A stretch of DNA of 64,000 bases, taken from assembly GCA_964016885.1 (NCBI GenBank), contig OZ024743.1, positions 247,752,001 to 247,816,000 of the forward strand, read 5' to 3'. The position numbers and the translations under genes are program-made. Below, piece by piece: positions 42,584-52,811 of this stretch. Source of the stretch: Eledone cirrhosa (Eukaryota). Within the stretch, counting starts at the first letter, position 1; every line of letters starts with the position of its first letter. The notes under the pieces are model-generated. The model was not told the DNA's origin. It saw only the letters and a list, made by a program, of their open reading frames with translations, and made no database searches.

Positions 42584-42968
42584 GGAGGCACATGGTTTAG
42601 TGGTTAGAGTATTGGCCTTGCAATCGAAAGGTTGTGAGTTCAATTCTCAGACTGGGTGATGTGCTGTTTCCTTGAGCAAGACACTTTATTTCACATTGCT
42701 CCAGTTTACTCAGCTGTAGAAATGAGATGATAAGGACTGGAGTCCCTATCATTCCACTGCAAAGTGGTTGTGGAGGTGCCACGGCAAAAAAGCACCCAGC
42801 CCACACTGTAAAGTGGACGTGTAGGCGCCACAGCAAAAACGCACCCATGAGGTTAGGAAGGGCATCTAGCTGTAGAAATCAAGCCAGAATCAGTTCCCAT
42901 CCCACCCTTGCAAGCAGGGAAAAAGCGGACGTAAAATGAAATGATGAAATGATGATGATGATGATGAT
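42584..42968 (+). mobile_element. tRNA-derived SINE with RTE-type 3' tail
   Basis: Pol III A box TGGTTTAGTGG and B box GAGTTCAATTC, followed by CCTTGAGCAAGACACT. It then carries satellite-like units (AAAAAAGCACCCAGCCCACACTGTAAA), GTTAGGAAGGGCATC and an (ATG)n tail. Confidence 0.85.
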
Positions 42969-43289
42969 GGATTCAGTTTGAAACTGGTTAGACCATTACT
43001 CAACAGACTACTTGATACTTGGGGTAGTAGAGTATGGTTATAGTATAAAGAGTTGGGATCCGATGGCTGAGCTCTTGCCATTTCAACAGCTAGCAGCTAG
43101 AGCTCAGCCGTAGGGCCCTGACTCTTTATAATATATGTATATATCTGTATGTAGTTGACAGCCGAGAGAAAAAGTACTCAATAGCAAAGTAGAGTTTAAA
43201 TATTTTATTAAGGGTAAATAGTGAATTTTGTTACTCCGGAGTTTCACCTGCTTCTCACTTGGTCATCAGTATGTATATATATACATATA

Positions 43290-44329
43290 TATATATTATA
43301 TAAAAAGCAAGTTTGTTTGTTGACCGAGATTGACACAAAATCTTAAATACATTGGTAATAATTAAAGTATTGACTGGAACTGCTCTCTCCAGATCTACCT
43401 CACTGTGTCTTTCGTTTTTTCTCTCTGAATTTCCTTTAATTTTAATCGATATTTTTCGATATTTTTAACCGCCTCCCCCTAATAAGAATCTAAGGGGGCT
43501 AACTCACTTATACATTTTTTTAAACATAAATTTATACAATTTGCCAATAACTGTTATATACACATTGATTCATACATGAGTGTGTATACACATATATTTA
43601 TACATGTGTATATACATGTATATAAATAATTTCATAAATTCTCAGGGAGATTAAATAATAATGACATTTTTGTGTACAGTGCTCAGGTCAGCATGTGTAC
43701 GCTTAAATATAATTCTCAGGGAGATTCAGTATGTGTTCGCTTAAATATAATTCTCAGAGAGATTCAGCATGTGTACACTTAAATGTAATTCTCAGGGAGA
43801 TTCAGTAAGACACGGTGTTTGACAAAGATGAATATTGCATAGCCAGACATGTGTACACTTAAATGTAATTCTCAAGGAACTCCAGCAAGGGACGGTTTTT
43901 GACAAGGCTGAATATTTCACACAAAAAGATGACATGACTGAAATACATCGACACACGTGTCGTACCACACAACGTATCCCGCATTAAACACTTGGGCGTG
44001 GTACTACCTAGAACGAAAGGGGGTAATAGGAAGGGCACAGACACCTAGTGAAGAAAAAGAACCGATAACAACATATAGGGGTGGGGTTCTTATACATTTT
44101 AAAAGATTAATTTACACTATTTGACAATAACTGTTATATTCCCATATTGATTTATACATGTGTGTGTGTATACACATAAATATTTATACACTGACGATTA
44201 CATTTAAGCCTACGCATGTGGAATCTCCCTGAGAATTACTGTTAAGCACTAATTTCTATATTACATGTTTTGCTCTCTTTTATTTAAGGACCACTTTTAT
44301 TCCCAGGCAAACCTGGGTACCTCTGCTAG
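43290..44329 (+). mobile_element. Probable non-autonomous Helitron
   Basis: The 3' end has hairpin CCCAGG-CAAA-CCTGGG (44302-44317), then 8 nt, then CTAG followed by T, which is the canonical Helitron terminus. The putative 5' end TATATAAAAAGCAAGTTTGTTTGT is approximate. Internal direct repeats at ~43507-43610 and ~44088-44190. Confidence 0.6.
43637..43885 (+). repeat. Short tandem repeat of a ~39-bp unit CAGCATGTGTACACTTAAATRTAATTCTCAGGGAGATT
   Basis: About five partial or complete units, with an inverted related segment at ~44197-44240 (AATCTCCCTGAGAATTAC). Confidence 0.75.
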
Positions 44330-44347
44330 TATGTGTATATATATATA

Positions 44348-44665
44348 TCAGGTCGTGGAGGCAGAGTCCTCAAACATCCTTTCCAGCGTATCCTATCAGA
44401 AGCAACCGTTTTCAACTGATCCGGCTGGACCCAGGTAAGACCAACGGAGCTCATAGATGTTATCCAAACATCATGCTCAAAGTCTACCCCTGGGTTTCCT
44501 TCTGGCTGGTTTTGCTCGTAAAATCTGTCCAGCGTTTCTTTACTGAGGCATTCTAACCACATGCCCATAGTATTAGAGCTGTGATCTCTCATTTCGAAGA
44601 AGTAGCGGCTCGACCTGGGGTGACTATCTGATCTCCGAGCTATCGAGTAACATTACTCCAAAGTG
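44348..44665 (-). mobile_element. Degraded RTE-like LINE 3' fragment between (TA)n tracts
   Basis: Frameshifted YYGHVVRM...GRKPRGR and LKTVASDRIRWKGCLRTLPPRP motifs. Confidence 0.6.
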
Positions 44666-44859
44666 GGCAAAGAAAATAAAATTTTATATATATATATATA
44701 TATAAACAATCATTCTCTTAAAGGAATGTTTACTCTATGGTTGAAACTAAATTCCTGGTCATGTTTTCTTTTTTCAACTTGGATCAACCAATCATGTAGT
44801 TGCAAATCTACATTACTTTTTTCCATTGTATTTGTTTTGGAAATAATTTAATCCAGATC

Positions 44860-45400
44860 GTATGATGCAACAGATATCCATCGCCTTTCGCCATTTAAAC
44901 AAACATACTACATTAACTATTTTTATTCTTCTTAAAAAGTTAATAATCGAAGCTTATCACCGTACATCTATAACCTGATCAATGCTATCTTGCTTTATGT
45001 TATCGCTTTTCTTTTTTGAATGGTTCGCGACGTTTCGTATGTAAACAGTAAAATATTTTGTCCGTGTTGCACGAATTTGATACGTATACTTCCTGTTCCG
45101 GCTCCTTCTGCTGGTGATGGAGTCAATGAGGTCATCGAAGTATCGGATTTGACATCACCATCAACATTTATATATCAAAGTGAGGCCTCAAATTGTGTCT
45201 GTCGTCTCTTGAAATAGTTTTCTGACACGTTTATCTTTTACCAAATCTCTTCACCGCCGAAGAAGAAGAAAAAATTACAAAGTCAGCAATGATGAGAACT
45301 AATCTACCAAAACTGACGTTTCTCTAGGAAACTATGATGCATCTCCTATAAAATACTATAATGCAGTCTAGCAGACTTTCAACTTTCGTGCCAGAACTGC
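44860..45400 (+). promoter_or_regulatory. Candidate HERPUD promoter with bZIP/UPR-type motifs and a TATA box
   Basis: TGATGCAAC (44863; ATF4-C/EBP CARE-like), TGAGGTCA (~45127), TGACATCA (~45150), TGACACGT (~45223), TGACGT (~45314) and TATAAAA (~45347). The stretch is repeat-poor and relatively CpG-rich, upstream of the ATG. Confidence 0.45.
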
Positions 45401-45931
45401 AACTTGTAAAAGAATTTGACTCTTTCTCTTCTTATTTCGATTCTTATATGACATTTTGCAGCGATTCGTTAAAAAAAGAATATCCAGAACATCTATTTTG
45501 ATGTTACTTACATCTCGTAGAAAATAAACCGTGAAAAATAATCTTTGTAAGATAACACTAGCATTTTCTCGCCAGATTGTCAATTATTTTAGAAACTTAG
45601 ACCCCCATAAACACTAGTAGCCTAGGATAGTTTTAGTGGTTTACGTGTATTTGTAACCGTCCACTCAGATCCAACTCCACCCTCACTTCACTAAAAGCTC
45701 AATCCTAAATATATAGGTTAACACCGTTTACAACTTGTCCTGCTTTACTGCTTATATTACACTAGTCAAGTATATTTTTGTTGTTTCTTCTCGACAGCAA
45801 AATTCTTTGTTTATCTTATTTGTTCACAGAATTGTGACACACACACATACCGCTATTACCAATTACGAAAGAAAGAATTCGTGTCACCAGCAATTAACTT
45901 CGAGCCATTTCAATTTATTCACCTTTTCACC

Positions 45932-46075
45932 ATGGAGGACACAACTACTACCCCAATCACACTAATTGTAAAAGCTCCTAACCAGCGAATCGCGGATGTT
46001 ACAGTTGATTGTATGCTTGAATGGACTGTTAAGAAACTTAAAAACCATCTTTCTGATGTCTACCCAAATCAACCC
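45932..46075 (+). CDS. HERPUD: HERPUD/Herp (ER-stress-inducible UBL-domain ERAD protein), first coding exon
   Basis: CACCATGG start context. MEDTTTTPITLIVKAPNQRIADVTVDCMLEWTVKKLKNHLSDVYPNQP (48 codons) matches the Herp N-terminal UBL pattern (VTL.VK.PNQ...W.V..LK.HLS.VYP..P). Phase-0 GTAAGT donor at 46076. Confidence 0.93.
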
Positions 46076-46231
46076 GTAAGTATCACTGCTACTCGTTTGA
46101 TTATATGATAAATACTCTCTATAAATATTTTGTGTTTACATTAAAGGTTCGACCCCCCAAACCCAATATATTGATATCTTCCCTTTGACACCACATACAC
46201 GCACACATATATATATTATATTATATTATAT

Positions 46232-46262
<31 letters not shown>

Positions 46263-48180
46263 ATTCAGTTGTTAAAAGTAGCAGATGTAAAGTGGAGTCA
46301 GTCTGTAGAAACGAACAACAACAACAACAATCTTCACCATATCGTTCCTTCAAGCCAACGTGGAACGCTGCGTTAGATATTCCACATTTTCAAAAAAAGA
46401 AAAAATCATTACTTACCGTCTGTCTCGAATCTAAACGACAGTTCATATAATTCTCTTTTTTTAATAAAAAAAAAATGTATTTGTATTTAATGTATGGAAT
46501 ATATATGAACAACAATGGCTATAATATAACTTTTTAATCGACTTTTTGTCAGTCTGATACTAAAATAAACAATCCTTGACTTCCTCTCCAGTTGACTACA
46601 GCAATTTTTCTGATTATTCCATCAATCTTTCTCCACTCCTTTTATATATATATATATATACACATCCTTTTTGCCTCAGTGCTGATCATTTAAATTTATT
46701 TCTGACATATATTTATTATATTATTAAGATCTCGGTATATCCTGACTACTTAAATAAACATATGTGCAAAACATATTTTCCATATGTTTGGGATCTGTCA
46801 TGAATTGTGATTTCTGAATGTTTGTGTTATACTCTAAGGATTCTAGACATTATACACACCAAATTATAATTTTATTGAATAAATAACAGAATAAACCCAT
46901 GGCTTGTTTTTAATTTCGCTATTTCTTCTGTCCGTTCTCGTGATTTTAACATGCATTTGGACCAGCTAGCTACATTGAAAGAACGTAAACATAGAATACT
47001 AAATTTGATAAGGAAATATTTGCTCATCTTTTATTTCTTAAAGAAAACCTTTAGTAGTTTTGCTATTAATCAATTGTTAGTGAGAGAGTGTTAATAATCA
47101 ACAATAACGATCGTACACGGACACGTATTAGTTTCCAATTTGTTGCGAGAACTAATTTCAGAAATGGGTCAGTCAACAGTTATTTACGATGTGACAGCTA
47201 TGAGATAGTGAATGTGACGATGGTGTTTTTTTAGTCGTGTTGTCACAGCAAGCAGGACAGTAATGCCTACGACTCGCTAATCTTGGGAGTGTCGTAGAAT
47301 TGCAAGATTGGCAGTAGAAATCCATTGATATAAGGAATGGAAACTCAAAAAGTCGTAAAAGAAAATTAAAGAGTTCCTTATATCGAGGGTATGTTGAAAA
47401 ACACTAATTGGGCGTTGAATTTGTATATAAGTTTTAGCACTTGGACAGTAGAACCTGTCGCCCAGTTTAACACCAACATCTGGCCCTTGGGGATCTTTAG
47501 CCGTAGTCAATTCTGCTGCATATTTTGGGGTCAGATATCCGGTTTACGGATATATTCTGCTTTCCTATCCACCAATCTTAGACAGCATAAAAAGGGTTAT
47601 GAACATTGCTCTTCCCTCCCTGACTGAACAATAAAACAAACCAAAACAACATTTTATAACAAAACATATGAGAATCAATTACATCCCGAAACATCACTAG
47701 CGAAGCAGTGAGAGACAGAGATAGAACTATTTTCTACGTGTCACTTGGCTTGCTAGAAATAGCGGCCTAATCTCTTTCAAACCACAGTCTAATTTGACTT
47801 AAAAACGAAATACATTAGATAATATAAAGACTGGTCCCCAGCCTTTTTACTATGAGACACCCCGTTTATTTAAATTAATATTCCCACAATTCTTGAAATG
47901 ACTGCCTGCTCAACAAGCAGACGAACCCTCAGACATCCGTCGTCTCCAGGTTGGGAACATCTGATATTGTTTTACGGATAAAAAATGTTGGGATGACCAC
48001 CGCTGGAATGTCATTAGTCTGCTCAGCTAGAGAGTTGATTTTGGGCTAAACAACTTGTAAGACCCCAACCCCATCTTTCCCCAGCAAACGTGGACTGATG
48101 CTCTCCCACTTGCAAGCCAATTGCTGAAAGGTCATGGACGCAACTCTTATTTGTTTGAACCAAAATTTAAAAACAAAACG

Positions 48181-48335
48181 CCATGTATACCCTTGTATAA
48201 ATCGCACCCGTACTTTACCATGTACTATGTATTTTGAGTCGAGGTTTTATAAGTCCATTAGATAGGTTACATGCTTGGGTTTTCTACTTAGTATTTTTCT
48301 GGGAAAGGGTGCGATTTATGTACGAGTATACATGG
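48181..48335. mobile_element. MITE with 29-bp terminal inverted repeats (Tc1/mariner-pogo type, inferred)
   Basis: Left TIR CCATGTATACCCTTGTATAAATCGCACCC versus reverse complement of right TIR CCATGTATACTCGTACATAAATCGCACCC (25/29 identical). TA follows the right end. A more decayed relative is possible at ~48776-48930. Confidence 0.75.
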
Positions 48336-48494
48336 TAATTAATATTCATCACTAGAGTTTGTAAACTTTGTTTCTTTTGTGTATGTTTTTTTCAAAGTGT
48401 TTAGTCGCTTTCCTCATGAATATGTAACTAAATATTTAAATGTAACATTTTCTGTCAAAAAGGTCAAAATTCAGTTATGGCGCACTATAGTTAA

Positions 48495-48700
48495 CCCTTT
48501 TATTACTATATTTTTAATGGAAGATACTGTCTAAAGATTTGGTGAGATTTAGTAATATAACCAACTTTCTCATTGAGTTGGTGTGTAACAAATATTTTTA
48601 TATAAAATTATGATGGAAGACTTCGATAAATGCACTTTAAAATATACAGCTTTCTATAATAGAACTAGGGGCAGTTTCAGTCGGTTTGGTATTAGAAGGG
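48495..48700. mobile_element. piggyBac-like MITE
   Basis: TTAA|CCCTTT...GAAGGG|TCAA termini (degenerate TTAA target duplication). Related pieces at ~49833-49955 and, inverted, at ~61785-62003. Confidence 0.55.
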
Positions 48701-49261
48701 TCAACTCCACATGATTTTTCTTGAAATGCTTTCTTTTTTATCTCCAGTTATGCATATATACGATATATACAAATATCGTATATATACGTGTTTAAGTCGC
48801 ACTTCCATTTTACATACTCAATTTCTGGCTCAGTACTTCATTTGAGTTCAGGTTTGGTAGATTCTGGATTTTTCCGTCGCGTTGTTTTTGTAGGAGAAAA
48901 AAAAGTGTGACATAATACACTAATAGATCGAATTCGTAAAAGCTGTTTTCACCAGTGTGTTTAGAACCACTCAAACTTCTCAACTTAGCTTCACAATGGA
49001 GTTAATGATGATTTCTTTATTAATAATCTAATACAAACATTTTATGTATACACAACAACTCCATAGTTCTACATTATTATTCAGAATTTTGTTCGAATAA
49101 TAACTTTCAGTAAGGCCTCATCATACATTTCGTGGCTTTGTTGACACTGAAAAGTACGTGAGTATTTTTAGGAATAGGACAATTTTAACTGTTGGTGTGA
49201 CCTTTTATCATGTACACACGCGCGAATACTCATACACGCACGTAACTTAATTTTATTCTTT

Positions 49262-49565
49262 TACTGTTTTCAGTTATTAGAAGGCGGCCATACTGGGGTA
49301 CCGCCTTGATTCAGTCGATCATATCGATCGCAATACTTAATTTTTACGAGTCTGATGATTATTTTATCGACCTCTTTTTTTGTAAAAACTCTTAAGTTAC
49401 GTGGTATAAACACACACACATATATATATATATATGATGGACTTATACCAAATTCCATTTGCAAAGCATTGGTCAACCCGAGGGTATAGTAGAAGGCACA
49501 TGAAGGACTGAACCCTGAACCATGTTGCGAAGCGAATTCCTTAACTATACAGCTATGTCTACACC
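49262..49565 (-). mobile_element. Degraded SINE-like interspersed repeat
   Basis: Shares TTTCAGT.ATTAGA..GCGGCCATACTG with 50155-50290. Shares GCATTG.TCA.CC.GA...TATAGTAGAAG.CAC...CTGAACC with 51955-52085 (reverse-strand B-box-like GGTTCAG). Confidence 0.55.
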
Positions 49566-51577
49566 TCTTCCGTGTCTGGATCTATCAGGCTAATTGCCAT
49601 ACATAACATATTGGCCGACACTACACTATGGTTGTGTCCCTTGAGTAAAACTTCAATTAACTAAATGCAATTAGTAGCTAAAAGTTCCCTCCAGAAGGGC
49701 TGTATAAATCTAAAAACAAAAAAAAAAAACACGCAATAAGATCGACTAGAAATTTTGGAAAATTAATTACCATGCAGATCCACCCATCTTGATTGAGTGG
49801 TGGTTGTGCAATCATTATCATGTCTAACATTTTAACCCTTTTTTGCTGCCGTATTTCAAATTATTTTGAAAATTACAAGTATTTGGAAGAATTTATCATT
49901 TTAATTTAGATATAAATACTTTAAAAGAAACAGAGGCAATTTGGTATCAAAAGGGAGAAAGTGGAATTCATCTCTCTTCAGCTCTAAATGCAGCCAATTT
50001 CTTCCAGAGAGAGATAGAAGAATAATCACTCCCAGTGTTGGGCTGGTATTTTATTTAATTACTTCTGGGCTCTAAATATTTATTTACACTCTCTTTCCTC
50101 CTCAGGTTCTTAGCAATGTTCTCCTTCCTATGAGTACAATATATTCTTTTACTGGTTTCAGTCATTAGACTTCAGCCATACTGAAGCACTGACTAGATTT
50201 TTTTAGTCAATCATATCAACCCCAGCACTTATTTTTTGGTCAAACTGCTAACTTACAGGGCATAAACACCAACATTGACTCACATACATCGTTTTTATGT
50301 CAACTTTTCCGTGCTGGCGGTTTACAACCAGATGCCCTTCCTGACCCAAACCCTTCACTTTTTATATCATGCAAGGATACAGTGTCCCTCCTCTAAACTG
50401 GATGTGTGCAATTAATAATAATAATAAAGAACTGTTATAATCACATCTCACAATTGTTAGGTGATTATCATTGTTGTAAAATATAACTAGAAAGTTTTCT
50501 GCATTTGAAAGCTATTTATTTTTCAGATTTGAGGATTTTCAGTTCAAAGAGCTCTCAATCAGATATGCAGATTATCTAGATTGACTGTAAATTGACAAGG
50601 TTTAAATTATTTGATTTCACATTTTCCCCGTATTCAAAGAAATCCAGTGAAGAAGTAGTAGAAAAAGATTAAGACTAATATAAACACATGTATTGTGGTT
50701 GTATTCTGTTACATGCTAGAAAATGACAGCTAAATGCATAACAGTCAATAGCAAACTGACTAACTTAACACATATCATCATCATCACGTTACTTTCGTTT
50801 TTTCCATGCTTGCATGAGTTAGATGGGTCTTTGACAGCACATCATCCCCCCACTCACTGCAGTTCTTCATTATCTCTGAGCTTTAATGAAGAGACTATCT
50901 ATATGATTACTTGACCTACTAGAAATAGCAGCTAAATCTCTCAGATCCCATTGAAAGATTTATTTGATAATATATATATATATTATTATATATATATATA
51001 CACACACACACGCATATATTTACTATTTAATGAGGGAGGGAGGAGTAGTGCCCATGACTCTTTTCACGGCCTTTGAGATTGGTGGGAAGTAAGTAGGAAA
51101 GTATTATTAAACTGGAGGCTTGGCCTGAATGGTTGCAGCAGAGAGGAATCTGCTAATGCACCAAGAGCTAAGTGGTGTTGTTAAACCAAAGCCTTAGATA
51201 CATACACTGTATCTGAAAACAAAGCAGGATGGTTACAGCTGGAGTTAAATATGAATAGAACTGCAGTGCCTAAATATTACAATTCTGTCACCCACTACAC
51301 ATTCAACCTTATTCTTAAAAATAAATAAATTCAGTACATATTTATTTACCAAGTTTACCTGCAGTTTTAAACTGTATTTTATGTAGATCCTTATAATCAC
51401 TTTCCATTTCTAAAGACATTTTCTCCAAACCATACAAAGAGTTCCTTATGACTTTGTTAATGGCAGCCTTACTGCTCTCGGGATACAGCATTTCTAATAA
51501 AATATGTACACTTGTTTCTATCTCTCATGATCTTTACTCTATCCATCAACTTTGGATAAATTTAATATTGGAAATAA

Positions 51578-51780
51578 TCATCATCATCATCGCTTATCAT
51601 CCATTTTCCATGCTAGCATGGTAGGATGAGCTATTGTGAGAGATCCATGTCAGAGGATCATGTTTTGCTCACAGAGAACTGATTTTGGCTTGATTTCTAC
51701 AGTTGGATGCCCTTCCTAACTCCAATGACATTTAGTGTGTGTTGGGTGCTTTTTGTTGTGACACCTATATGACCACCGAG
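51578..51780 (-). mobile_element. RTE/SINE 3'-tail remnant with one satellite-like monomer
   Basis: (CAT)n, CCATGCTAGCATGG, GGATGCCCTTCCTAAC, then TTTAGTGTGTGTTGGGTGCTTTTGTTGTGACACCTAT. Confidence 0.7.
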
Positions 51781-52811
51781 TATGCATCCTTAATCCCAAT
51801 CCTTATACTTATTTCATTCATCTTCAAAACTGTGGGACATAAACAGATTTTTTAAGCACCTATTTTTTAAGTGGTGTCAACATGAAGACATACATGGAAA
51901 CAAACACATACACATATATGTATATACAATGGTCTTCTATTTACCAAGGTTTATTCACAAGGCATTGATCAGCCTGAAATTATAGTAGAAGACATGCCTC
52001 CTAGATGCCATGCAGAGATACTGAACCCCAAATCACATATTTTCAAAGCATGCTTCTTAACCATACAGCCATGCCTGTACCTAACCCATACTAGCATGGA
52101 AGATAGACGTTAAACGATGATGACGATTAGTATTCACAAAGAATATGGTTTTAGTTAACTAGTGAACCAGTGGTGTCAATAATGATGGTAATAACAGAAC
52201 AAATTTAATTTTTGGAGTCTATGATTGGTATGCCATACATATCAGGATTGCTGGATCAATCATACAAATTGGGAAATTTCCGTTTTGATAAATTAATGGT
52301 TTACATAAAAGGAACCCTATAGTTTATGTTGATTACTGACATGTACAATTGATTAAAAATAAGAATAATATTTTACTAATTTATTTCTAGGATATAATTG
52401 CATAAATATTCAACATATATGACAAACAGGATTATATATATGAGTAATTTTGTAGAAATAGCTATTTATAGGGACAAATGTAGAGTTAGAACGTAGGATT
52501 TTGTGATTGAAAAGTGAACTTATAACATCATGACTGATATAAGAAATGTATTGTCTGCATATGTTATAATTTTTTTTACATCCACATTCTATGATTATGA
52601 TGATTCCATGTTGGCATGGGCTTTCTTTTTTTATTTTTACTCTCATCTATTTTCCTTTTTCTGCACTCTTCTAAACATCCTCTCCTCTCTCATTCTATCT
52701 TCTGATGAAGTATTAGTATCTGAAACCATAAGACTTTCCAACTATATCAAGTTTAAAACTAATTGCATTGTATTGTTCTTCTGTGTTATTTTTCCTTATT
52801 GACTTTTCTTT

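Noticed and set aside
42584-42656. tRNA gene
   Set aside because: A and B boxes are present but there is no convincing acceptor stem. The sequence continues into a SINE body and LINE-type tail.
45881-46108. 75-aa single-exon ORF as the gene product
   Set aside because: The true start is the ATG at 45932 and the exon ends at the GTAAGT donor. The same applies to ORF 62481-62801, of which only 62616-62693 is exon.
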